A stretch of 28,705 bases of DNA. It comes from Candidatus Eiseniibacteriota bacterium (GTDB lineage Bacteria > Eisenbacteria > RBG-16-71-46). The notes under the pieces were generated by a model. That model worked only from the letters and a program-made list of their open reading frames with translations. It was not told the DNA's origin and searched no databases. Of this stretch, positions 8,117-17,226 are shown one piece after another. Numbering within the stretch: the first letter of the stretch is position 1; each line of letters opens with the position of its first letter. The position numbers and the translations under genes are program-made. The DNA is taken from the NCBI GenBank assembly GCA_038231135.1, contig JBBRLX010000042.1:1-28705 (forward strand), written 5' to 3'.

Positions 8117-9862
8117 TCACTCATGCGGCGCCCAGCCCAGCAGGGCCTCTTCGCACACCCGGCGCACACCCGCGCGACGCGACTGGGCGCCGCGCTCGAG
8201 TGCCTGCATGGAGTGCACGGTCCCGATGCGTGCGAGACAGCGCGCCACCGCGACGCGGTGGTCGTCGCGCGTGCTCGAGAACCAGCCGCCGCGATGCAGG
8301 TCGGCCTCCAGATCCGGCACGATGTCGTCGTCCGCGCTGGTGGCGATCGTCTGGTAGATCGCGCGCCGCTCCGGCACAGGGCGCCGCTCGAACTCGGGTT
8401 GCTGCATCATGTCGAACATGCGGCGCGCGAGTTCCGAATCCCGCGCGCCGGCCAGCACCTGCAGAGCCGAGCAGAACGTGCGCGTGTCGGCGCCCTCGAG
8501 CATCGTGAGCAGCAGCGGCCGCGCCATCGCCGGCGGCACGCGGCTGAGCGACGCGACCACGGCGTAGCGCACCCGCGGTTCCGCGTGCCGGGCGACGCTC
8601 TCGAGCAGCCCGGTCACCGGCGGGCCGCCGATGGCGCCCAGCATGTGCACCACGTTGCGAACCACGAACCAGCGCGGATCCGCGAGCCACGGCGCGAGGC
8701 GCTCCGGATTCTCGCGGCACCGCTGCACGACCACCTCCGACAGCATGCGGCGGTTGCGGCGCGATTCGCTCTGCGCCAGCAGTCCCAGGAGCAGGTCGAT
8801 CTCGGTGTCGCCGAGCGCCCGGGCGAACTGGATGAAGTCGAGCACGCCCTCGGTGTCCTGGCCATCGACCGTGGCGCTCAGGCTCGCGATCGAGATCGGC
8901 TGCAGCAACTCCTGAACGAACGTCTGCTGCGACCACAGTTCGCCGCCGAAGCGGGCGAGCAGCGACACCGCCTCGGCGCATTCGATCCAGTTGCCGGACC
9001 CGAGCGAATCCCGCAGCACGCGCGGCAGGAACCGCCCCAGATCCTTGGTGTCGAGCGCGTCACCGCCCGCCGCGAGATAGGCCTGGACGACGGCGATCGC
9101 GGCCGTGGTGGCGGGCACGAGATGCTCCGCCTGGTATTCGGCATGGAACCGCCGCGTCTCGGCCGCCGACAGGCTCTCGAGCTCCGCGAATCCCGCCTCG
9201 ACCTCGGTCGTCAGCTCGCGCATCACCCAGTCGTCGGAACGAGCACGCGGGGCATCGGTGGAATTGTCCTCCTCGACGGTGATCACCTCGGCGGTGGACT
9301 CCGGCTGGGGATCGGGCCACGGCATCGGCTCGTCGTCGTCGACCTCCTGCCCCACACCGACGTCGCCCTCCGCGGGCACGTAGTCGAGATCCACGTGATC
9401 GAGATGCGATTCCCACAGCAGCGTGACGAGGTCGTCGTCGGTCGGCACCGGTGAGGTCACGCGCAGGATCGCCGCGATCACCGCCTCCACCTGATCCTTG
9501 GTGATGCCGGCGTTGAACGTCAGGCTGCGGATGCCGTCACGATAGAACGGCAGCGCCAGGTTGTCCTCGCGCGACCGCGCCAGGTAGAGCGACGCGTCTT
9601 CATGGCGCACGTCGTCCGACGTGAACCGCAGCGTCAGCGGCCCGAACTCGTCGTGGAACTGGGCGAGCGAGGTCGTCAGGTCCTCGAAGAACCGCTCGAC
9701 GGTGGTGTTCGTGCTCTGCTCGTAGAGCCGGCAGGTCTTGAGGGTGCGGGCGAGATGATTCACCCACTGCCGCGCGGCGCGATGCGCGGCGGTTTCGGGA
9801 GACGCGGCATCGCCCTGGTTGTTCGCCGGCTGGGTGCCGGACACACCGATGGAGTCGGTCAT
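8117..9862 (-). CDS. HEAT-repeat (PBS lyase-like) protein
   Basis: LADPRWFVVRNVVHMLGAIG, HAEPRVRYAVVASL, VAVARCLARIG repeats; immediately upstream of the HD-GYP gene. Confidence 0.85.
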   Translation of the reverse strand: MTDSIGVSGTQPANNQGDAASPETAAHRAARQWVNHLARTLKTCRLYEQSTNTTVERFFEDLTTSLAQFHDEFGPLTLRFTSDDVRHEDASLYLARSREDNLALPFYRDGIRSLTFNAGITKDQVEAVIAAILRVTSPVPTDDDLVTLLWESHLDHVDLDYVPAEGDVGVGQEVDDDEPMPWPDPQPESTAEVITVEEDNSTDAPRARSDDWVMRELTTEVEAGFAELESLSAAETRRFHAEYQAEHLVPATTAAIAVVQAYLAAGGDALDTKDLGRFLPRVLRDSLGSGNWIECAEAVSLLARFGGELWSQQTFVQELLQPISIASLSATVDGQDTEGVLDFIQFARALGDTEIDLLLGLLAQSESRRNRRMLSEVVVQRCRENPERLAPWLADPRWFVVRNVVHMLGAIGGPPVTGLLESVARHAEPRVRYAVVASLSRVPPAMARPLLLTMLEGADTRTFCSALQVLAGARDSELARRMFDMMQQPEFERRPVPERRAIYQTIATSADDDIVPDLEADLHRGGWFSSTRDDHRVAVARCLARIGTVHSMQALERGAQSRRAGVRRVCEEALLGWAPHE

Positions 9863-10059
9863 CGTCCCCGTGCGCCTCGCGATTCATGGGTAAACCTGCG
9901 GACTGCCGGGTTATCGGCAGCATTCCCGGCCGGGTTCACGCCGGAAGCCCTGGCGGACCGGACGCTCCAAACGGGGAGTCGGGGTGTGCGCACCCATGCC
10001 CCTGCGCGGCGCGAAGCTGCGCGGGGGACCCGCCGCCCGCGTGCCATGGGGCCGGGCGT

Positions 10060-11733
10060 TCAGCGGTGCAGGCGGCGGCGACGCCCGAGGGCGGCGAGCG
10101 CCACGAGGACGGCGGCGGCCGCGGCGAACCCGATCCACGCGCCGCCCCGGGCGCTGGCGCGCGAGTAGCCCAGAAAATCGAGGAACGGCACCCGGTTCAT
10201 GGGCCCCATGTACCAGAGTGCCAGGTACAGCACCTCGAACAGCGTGCCCCCGCCGCTCCAGGTCCCGAGCGCAATCGCGAGGGATGGCGCGAACGCGGCC
10301 CCGGTGCTCCACGCGGCGATTCCCGGCCCGTCCCCCGCGATCACCAGCCGCAACGCCACCGGGGCTCCGAGCAGGACCGCGAGCCCCGCGCCCGCGAGCC
10401 ATTGCGCCGGCAGCTGGCGCGCGAGCGGGTGCGGGGAGCTCATCAGGAGCGGCGCCGTGCCGTGACGTTCGTCGCGCGAACCGAGTTGCGACCACAGCAG
10501 CAGCGGCCACACCCACGCCACCGACAGCAGGACCCCGCGCGCGACCTCGAGCGGGGCGAACGCCTGCGCGACGCCAAGCCCCAGCGCGACCAGCCACCAC
10601 AGCTTCGGCACGCCCGCCGTCAGCAGCCGGAATTCCGCGCGCGCGAGGCGCAGCAGCGACGGGGCCCGCGCCGGAACGACGAGCCCGGCCGCGCTCGGAT
10701 ACCCGGTGGCGGACGGCGGTGCGACGATCCCGGCCGCGCCGGAATACGCGGCCGCCGGCGCGATATCGGGCGGCGCCAGGGTGCCGGTCACGTCCCGGCC
10801 CGGCCGGCGCGCACCGCGCGGTCTCGTCTCGCGCCGCCGCCGGCGCGCGGGATCGAACCGGTCGAACGGCACCGCGGCCACGAGGGCGATCCCGGTCGCC
10901 AGCAGCAGCCACACGCCGCGAACCGCGACGCCCGCGGGGTGCCACGCCACGCCGTCCCAGCGGAACGTCTTCAGGTCCCACGCATCCTTGCGGAAATTGA
11001 AGCCCATCGAGAACGATTGTCCGGTCGCCGCGTCGGCGGGGAACGCCCGCGCGTGAGCCGCGAACACGCCCGGCATCATGGTGCCGGTGCCGAGCAGATC
11101 GTTGCCGGGCCGCCCGTGCTCCAGCGCCAGCATCGACGGCAGCCACAGCACGACCGTGCACAGGAAGAAATACGCCGCGTTCCCGAGGCCGCCCGCCAGC
11201 CACGGCACGGTTTCGAACAGCACCGCGAGCGCGGCGACCACCGCCATCGCGGGCAGCGTGCCCACGATCGCGGGGCCGAACAGCGCGAGCAGGTCGAGGT
11301 GCCGGTCCTCGCCGCGGACGAGTTGCATGCCGCCGGCCGCGATCACGACCACGATCACGATCATGGCCAGCACCGCGAAGTTGCTCGCCGCCTTGCCCAG
11401 CGTGTAGAGCGGCCGCGAGACCGGCGTGGTGGCGAGGATCTCGCCCACCCCGGTCGTGCGGTCGCGCTCGACCGCGTTCTTCACCACGTAGAACCCGGCG
11501 ATCGACAGGAACGGCGCGGTCATCAGCGCGGCCACCAGCCCGACCCACGCGGAATTGTAGATGCCGCGCGCCCCGGCCAGCTGCATCGTGACGTAATGCG
11601 AATGATTCGGCGGCAGCGCGATGTAGGCGAACCACACCGTCACGCCCAGCGTGACGAGGAACGCGGGCCGCCGCACGCGCTCGAGCGTGTCGGCGCGCGC
11701 GAGCTGCCACCACGCCCGGAGCGCCGTGGTCAC
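10060..11733 (-). CDS. ABC-2 type exporter permease with two membrane domains (557 aa)
   Basis: GTG 11733 overlaps the ATPase stop (GTGA). Many TM segments; ERDRTTGVGEILATTP and RDERHGTAPLLMSSP are twin ABC-2 coupling motifs. Confidence 0.85.
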   Translation of the reverse strand: MTTALRAWWQLARADTLERVRRPAFLVTLGVTVWFAYIALPPNHSHYVTMQLAGARGIYNSAWVGLVAALMTAPFLSIAGFYVVKNAVERDRTTGVGEILATTPVSRPLYTLGKAASNFAVLAMIVIVVVIAAGGMQLVRGEDRHLDLLALFGPAIVGTLPAMAVVAALAVLFETVPWLAGGLGNAAYFFLCTVVLWLPSMLALEHGRPGNDLLGTGTMMPGVFAAHARAFPADAATGQSFSMGFNFRKDAWDLKTFRWDGVAWHPAGVAVRGVWLLLATGIALVAAVPFDRFDPARRRRRETRPRGARRPGRDVTGTLAPPDIAPAAAYSGAAGIVAPPSATGYPSAAGLVVPARAPSLLRLARAEFRLLTAGVPKLWWLVALGLGVAQAFAPLEVARGVLLSVAWVWPLLLWSQLGSRDERHGTAPLLMSSPHPLARQLPAQWLAGAGLAVLLGAPVALRLVIAGDGPGIAAWSTGAAFAPSLAIALGTWSGGGTLFEVLYLALWYMGPMNRVPFLDFLGYSRASARGGAWIGFAAAAAVLVALAALGRRRRLHR

Positions 11734-12611
11734 GTGGCGGCCGGCGCGGCGTCCGCCATCGCGAGCAGGTAGGCGTCCTCGAGCGTCGGCGCGACGCCGC
11801 GCGCGCCGGCGCCGGCCGGCGCATCGCCGACGACGCGGACCTGCACGCCGTCCGCGCGGCGCAGCATGCCGCTCACGCGATGCCGGCGGCGGAACTCGAG
11901 CAGCGCGTCGCTCGGCACGACGCATTCCCACACGCGTCCCGCGCTCGTGCTCAGCAGCGCCTCGGGCGTATCGGCGCGCACCAGCCGGCCGCTCGCGATC
12001 AGCGCGATGCGGGTGGCGGTGGCCTCGACGTCCGACACGATGTGCGTGGACAGGATCACGATGCGCTCGCCCGACAGGTCCGACAACAGATTGCGGAACC
12101 GCACGCGCTCCTCGGGATCGAGCCCGCCTGTCGGCTCGTCCACGATCAGCAGCCGGGGGTCGTTCAGCAGTGCCTGGGCGATACCGACCCGCTGCCGCAT
12201 GCCGCCCGAGAACCCACCCAGCGGGCGCTTCCGCACCTCGACCAGGTTCACGAGCTCGAGCAGTTGGTCGATGCGCCGGCGCGCGGTGCGCGCCTCGAGG
12301 CCGCGCGCGGCGGCCAGGTATTCGAGGAACTCGACGGCGTTGAGCTGGGGGTAGACGCCGAAATCCTGCGGCAGGTAGCCGAGCAGGCGCCGCAGCGTGT
12401 CCGGTGACCGGACGATGTCGGTGCCGTCCCACGTGACGTGCCCGGCCGTCGGGCGCGTGATCGTCGCCAGGATCCGCATCAGCGTGGACTTGCCCGCGCC
12501 GTTCGGACCCAGGAGCCCCAGCACGCCGGGGCCGAGCTCCAGGCTGAACTCGCGCAATCCCCAGACGTCGTGACCGTACTGCTTGCTCACTCCCGAGATT
12601 TCGAGCCGCAT
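11730..12611 (-). CDS. ABC transporter ATP-binding protein
   Basis: Walker A GPNGAGKS, Q-loop GYLPQ, signature FSGGMRQR, Walker B LLIVDEP, H-switch LSTH. Confidence 0.95.
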   Translation of the reverse strand: MRLEISGVSKQYGHDVWGLREFSLELGPGVLGLLGPNGAGKSTLMRILATITRPTAGHVTWDGTDIVRSPDTLRRLLGYLPQDFGVYPQLNAVEFLEYLAAARGLEARTARRRIDQLLELVNLVEVRKRPLGGFSGGMRQRVGIAQALLNDPRLLIVDEPTGGLDPEERVRFRNLLSDLSGERIVILSTHIVSDVEATATRIALIASGRLVRADTPEALLSTSAGRVWECVVPSDALLEFRRRHRVSGMLRRADGVQVRVVGDAPAGAGARGVAPTLEDAYLLAMADAAPAAT

Positions 12612-12708
12612 GCGGCCGAAGCTAGCAGAACGCGGCGCGCGACGCGGAGCGGGGCGCCAGGGACGCGGCCATAGCGTTCGCGGCGCGCAGCGCGGCCGCT
12701 ACCGGCCG

Positions 12709-12960
12709 TCAGTGATCGGAATCGGCGGGCACGGCGTCGGCGCCCGGGTTCTGCGCGTCCTGGCGATGCGCGCGGGCGCCCACGGTGTCCGACATGCGGA
12801 GCGCGCTGCGCACGACGCTCGAGCCATACAGGTCCGAGGCGCCAATCAGGCTGTCGCGCTCGCGCTCGCTGAGCTGCCGACGAGGTGCCGCGGGCTTCGG
12901 CGAGCAACCGAGCGCCACCAGCGCGGCGAGCACGGCGCAGCGGATCAGGATTCGTTTCAT
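12709..12960 (-). CDS. Small hypothetical lipoprotein (83 aa)
   Basis: GGAGG RBS before ATG 12960; MKRILIRCAVLAALVALGC lipoprotein signal. It is the 3' end of the 12709..13722 track ORF. Confidence 0.75.
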   Translation of the reverse strand: MKRILIRCAVLAALVALGCSPKPAAPRRQLSERERDSLIGASDLYGSSVVRSALRMSDTVGARAHRQDAQNPGADAVPADSDH

Positions 12961-13078
12961 GGTCTGCCTCCTCCCCATGGCGCCGCCGTGATGTGCGGGC
13001 GCCCCTGGAGTCATCGGCAAGTTGCGCTCCCGGCACCACGGTTCCCGGGTTCGCCGGTCCGGCGTGCTAGATTGCGGC

Positions 13079-14677
13079 ATGCGCGCTCCGTTCGTGATCC
13101 TCGCCGTGCTGTGTGCCGCGGTGCTGTTCACCGGGCTCGCCCGCACCGGATTCCTGGATGCCCGCGAAGCCCGGGACGCCGAGGTGGGCCGCGAGCTGGC
13201 GGCCGCGCGCGAGTTGCTGACCCCGCTGTTCGGCGCCGAGCCGCTGTTCGAGAAGCCCGTGGTGGCGTACGCGCCCGACGCCGTGATCCGGGTGCTGGCA
13301 CGGCGGCCGGAATTCGCGTCGCGGTTGTTCCGCGCGATCGTCGCGGTACTGCTGATCGTGGTGACCGGCTCGGTCGCGGCGCTGTACTTCGGCCCCCGCA
13401 GCGGCTGGTGCGCGACGGGCGTGCTGGTGACGAGCTTCGCGCTGCCGCATGCCGCGCGGGTGGACGGCACCCAACTGCTCGCCACGCTGTTCGCGTGGCT
13501 CGGGTGCGCGGGGCTCGCGGACGCGTTGTTCGTCGCGCACGGCGGCCGCGCGATGCGGCTCGTACTGGCGTATGCCGCGCTGGGGTTCGCGCTGATCACC
13601 GGCGGGCTGCTGCCCGCGGTCTGGCCGCTCGGCGCGGTCGCGCTATACCTGGCGCTCGCGCGCCGGCAGGCGTTGTGGCGCCGCCTGCAGCCGCTCGCGG
13701 GGCTCGCGATCATGGCCGGCATCGCCGCGCCGTGGTACGGCGCGATGATCGAGCGTTACGGCCGCGAGTTCCTCGTCCATGCGCCGTTCTTCCCGTACGC
13801 GATCGAGCCGCGCGGCCCGGTGTTCGCGGGGCCGGTCGTGCTGCTCAGCTTCCTCGTGATCGGCCTGTTCCCGTGGAGCACGCTGCTGCCGGGCGCGATC
13901 CTGCACGCGGCGACCTGGTGGCGCCATGGCAGCCCCGCGCCGGCGCTCGAACGCGCGCAGGAGAGCCGGGAGGAGAACGCCGCGCATTTCTTCATCGCGT
14001 GTCTGGTCGCGTCGCTGGCGCCCGTGCTGTTCTATCCCACGCCGCCGCTCACCGCGGTGCTGCCGGCCGCACCCGCCGTGGCGCTGCTGTGCAGCCGGCT
14101 GCTGTCCCATGCGTACGAGGACGATGAGCGCGTCGCGGCGCCGATTGGCCGCGCGGTCGCGATGCTCGCGCTCGTGGGCTCGACGACGTCGGTGTTGCTG
14201 GTGATGGCCGCGAACGCGCTGCGTGACGCCGCGCCCGAGTTGCGGCTGCTCGCGGCGGTGCTGTTCGTGACGTCGTGGGTGCCGCTGCTCACGAACCTCG
14301 CGCGCCGGCGGCGGCTCGCCGCGATGCTGATCGCGCTGCCCGTCGCGGTGTGCGCTCCGATTGTGAATTTGCGCCTGCTGCCGGGGATCGAATCGTACCT
14401 GAGCACCCGGCTGGTCGCGCGCGCGATGGCGCGCACGGCGCCGCCACTCGCGCCGCTGCTGCTGGTCGAGCCCGCGCCCGCGACGCTGCGGCTCTATGGC
14501 GAATACAACCTGGTCGTGGTGCCGCCGACCGCGGCGGCGTTCGCCGCCGGGCGCTCGACCGACGGCCATAGCTATCTGGCGTTCCGCCCCGGCCGCGAAC
14601 GCGACGTCGCGCGCGCCGCCGCCATGCCGCTCGAGATCTTGATGCGCACGCCGAGCCTGGTGCTGGCGCGGGAATAG
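13079..14677 (+). CDS. ArnT/PMT-like GT-C membrane glycosyltransferase, divergent (532 aa)
   Basis: LDAREARDAEVGREL, LTPLFGAEPLFEKP, EFASRL, PWY, GLFPWS and many TM helices follow the ArnT layout. Confidence 0.75.
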   Translation: MRAPFVILAVLCAAVLFTGLARTGFLDAREARDAEVGRELAAARELLTPLFGAEPLFEKPVVAYAPDAVIRVLARRPEFASRLFRAIVAVLLIVVTGSVAALYFGPRSGWCATGVLVTSFALPHAARVDGTQLLATLFAWLGCAGLADALFVAHGGRAMRLVLAYAALGFALITGGLLPAVWPLGAVALYLALARRQALWRRLQPLAGLAIMAGIAAPWYGAMIERYGREFLVHAPFFPYAIEPRGPVFAGPVVLLSFLVIGLFPWSTLLPGAILHAATWWRHGSPAPALERAQESREENAAHFFIACLVASLAPVLFYPTPPLTAVLPAAPAVALLCSRLLSHAYEDDERVAAPIGRAVAMLALVGSTTSVLLVMAANALRDAAPELRLLAAVLFVTSWVPLLTNLARRRRLAAMLIALPVAVCAPIVNLRLLPGIESYLSTRLVARAMARTAPPLAPLLLVEPAPATLRLYGEYNLVVVPPTAAAFAAGRSTDGHSYLAFRPGRERDVARAAAMPLEILMRTPSLVLARE

Positions 14678-14685
14678 ATCGGTCG

Positions 14686-15141
14686 CTATGCGGCCCGCCG
14701 CAGGCTGCCGGGCGGCGGCTCGTTCAACACCGCCCAGAACAGGCCGAGCGTCTTCACGGCCTCGATGAACTCCTGGAAGCCGACGGGCTTGACCACGAAC
14801 GCATTCACTCCGAGCCGATAGCCCTCGATGATATCCCGCTCCTCGCGTGAGGAGGTGAGCATGACCACCGGTATCATGCACAGGTTCGGATCCGCCTTCA
14901 TCTGCCGAAGCACTTCGATGCCGTCCACTTTCGGCATCTTGATATCGAGCAGCACGACGGCTGGTTGGCTGTCGGTGCGGCCGGCGAAGCTTCCGCGACG
15001 TTGGAGGTAGTTCAGGGCCTCGGCCCCGTCACGCACCAGGACCACCTCGTTGGCGAGGTGATGCTCGGCCAGCGCTGCCATCGTGAGTTCAGCGTCATTG
15101 GCGTTGTCTTCGGCGATCAGCACCCGGCTGAAGTGGCTCAC
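14686..15141 (-). CDS. Single-domain response regulator (Rcp1-like receiver)
   Basis: VLIAEDNAND, VLLDIKMPKVDG, MLTSSREERD, NAFVVKP; GTG start overlaps the kinase stop. Confidence 0.93.
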   Translation of the reverse strand: MSHFSRVLIAEDNANDAELTMAALAEHHLANEVVLVRDGAEALNYLQRRGSFAGRTDSQPAVVLLDIKMPKVDGIEVLRQMKADPNLCMIPVVMLTSSREERDIIEGYRLGVNAFVVKPVGFQEFIEAVKTLGLFWAVLNEPPPGSLRRAA

Positions 15142-16904
15142 TATGCTGCCTCCTGGACCTTGGGTATGGAGAAGTAGAATGCGGCGCCGCGATCGACCTG
15201 TCCTTCGGCCCAGGTGCTGCCTCCGTGGCGATGGACGATGCGTCGGACGTTTGCGAGGCCGATCCCGGTGCCTTCGAACTCCTCCGACCTGTGAAGGCGT
15301 TGAAACACGCCGAACAGCTTGTGGGTGTATTCCGGCTCGAACCCGACACCGTTGTCACGCACGAACACGACGTTGTCGTGGTCACGGGTCTCGGTCCCGA
15401 TCTCGATCCGGGCATTCGGACGGGTCCGGGTGTATTTCACCGCGTTCGAGATCAGGTTGACGAGCGCCAGCTTCAGCATGGCAGGGTCGCCATCGACCTC
15501 CGGTAACGGTGCGATATGCCATTCGATCACGCGGCCCTGGAGTTCGTTCTCCATGTCGTTCACCACCTGGGCGACGATCGTGCCCAGATGAACCCGGGTG
15601 TGATTCACGTGCGAGCGACCCATCAGCGAGAACATCAGCAGGTTGTCGATGAGCACCCCCATCTGCGTTGCGGCCTGGCGCATGGTGTCGAGATAGCGAC
15701 CGCTGACCGGGTCGAGGGCCGGGCCCACCCGCCGCTGGAGCATCTCGCCGAACCCCGCGATGTGACGCAGCGGCGCCCGCAGGTCATGAGACACCGAGTA
15801 GCTGAACGCTTCGAGTTCCTGATTGGCGGTTACCAGCTCCGCGGTCCGGCACTCCAACGAGGCGTTCAACGCCGCGGAACGTTCCTCGTCCCGCTTGCGC
15901 TCCGTGATATCCGTCGACACCCCGCACATGGCATAGGCGATGCCGTCTGCGCCTCGAAGTGCGCACTTGACCGAGACAAACGTGCGGGGCTCCCCATGCA
16001 TCGGGGCCACCTCCTCGAGGGTCATTGGACCGGGCGACGCCAGGATCGCGACATCGTGCGCGCGAATATCATCCGCGATGGTCTTCTCGAAGAGGTCGAA
16101 GGGTGACTTGCCCAGCAGCTCGGCGCCGTTTCGCCCGAGCATCGATTCGACCTGGTGATTGACGATCAGATAGCGGCTCTCGATGTCTTTCACGTAGATG
16201 AGCGTGGTGGTGTTGTCGAGGATCGCTTGCAGTCGCGACTGGCTTTCCTGCACGGCGGCCTCGGCTCGACGCAGCCGGCTCATGTCGTGCCGGAACATCA
16301 TCAACCCGAGACCGACGACGACCCAGGCCAGGACGCTGCCCAGGAGAATGAGCACGAGAGCCAGTCGGGCCCCGGCAGCGGTTTGCGCGGCGCGCTCACG
16401 AAGCAGCGTCCGCTCTTCGCGCTCCATGTTGCCGATCAGTCGCTCCAGGTTGGCCATCAAGCTCCTGCCGAGGCCCGATTGAATCATGACGATCGCGGCC
16501 GCGGACCCGGTAAGCCTTCTCGTCTCGACCAATCCCCTCGAGAATGCGAGCTTCGCCGCCAGCAGCGGTTCCAGGGCATCCAGGCTGCGCTGCTGATGAG
16601 GGTTGTCCGCCGTGAGCTTCCGCAGTTGCGCTTGAGCGCCGCGGAGTTCGGCGAGAGCGGCGCCGCTCGAGGCGATGAGTCGCTCGTCGCCAGTGATGAC
16701 GAACCCGCGGCCGTCGCTCTCGATGGCGTTGATGTCGGCCAGCGTGCGCTCCAGTTTCTCGATCACGATGTGGGTGTGGGTCACCCACTGCATGGCGCCG
16801 ATCAGGCCCTGCGTGCTGCGAAACGACACCACGCCGACAAAGACCAGGAGAACCAGCGCCACGCCGAATCCTGCCTGTGTCCTGCCTTCGACGGACCATC
16901 GCAC
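15141..16904 (-). CDS. CHASE3-PAS sensor histidine kinase
   Basis: TM, WVTHTHIV...ESDGRGFVITGD...LTADNPHQQ (CHASE3), TM, PAS ending DITERK, H-box FSYSVSHDLRAPLR, NLISNAVKY, DNGVGF, FQRLH, GTGIGLA. GAGGAGG RBS. Confidence 0.93.
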   Translation of the reverse strand: MRWSVEGRTQAGFGVALVLLVFVGVVSFRSTQGLIGAMQWVTHTHIVIEKLERTLADINAIESDGRGFVITGDERLIASSGAALAELRGAQAQLRKLTADNPHQQRSLDALEPLLAAKLAFSRGLVETRRLTGSAAAIVMIQSGLGRSLMANLERLIGNMEREERTLLRERAAQTAAGARLALVLILLGSVLAWVVVGLGLMMFRHDMSRLRRAEAAVQESQSRLQAILDNTTTLIYVKDIESRYLIVNHQVESMLGRNGAELLGKSPFDLFEKTIADDIRAHDVAILASPGPMTLEEVAPMHGEPRTFVSVKCALRGADGIAYAMCGVSTDITERKRDEERSAALNASLECRTAELVTANQELEAFSYSVSHDLRAPLRHIAGFGEMLQRRVGPALDPVSGRYLDTMRQAATQMGVLIDNLLMFSLMGRSHVNHTRVHLGTIVAQVVNDMENELQGRVIEWHIAPLPEVDGDPAMLKLALVNLISNAVKYTRTRPNARIEIGTETRDHDNVVFVRDNGVGFEPEYTHKLFGVFQRLHRSEEFEGTGIGLANVRRIVHRHGGSTWAEGQVDRGAAFYFSIPKVQEAA

Positions 16905-17226
16905 GATGCCTCCTCGCGGCCCCCTTGAGCCCCGCGATGGGCACCGGACTGGAACACGAATCGAATCACGAGGCTCCCGACAGCCGATGGCCGTCGACGC
17001 AACGAGATGCGTTGTTATCGGATGAACGGGGGGCGGACATGCGGCTTATCTTCCATCGAGGCTCAACCCGGCTGGCTGGGCGGCGCCGTGCCTCCGCGAT
17101 GGCGGTTTCGAGGGTCCCGCGCCCGCATCTCCTGTCCGCCTTGAAGTCATGAGTACGTGAATACCCGGTTGTTTCCAGTTCCGAAATCGTCCGACGCCGA
17201 GTGCCCGATCATGCGATCATGCTCGC

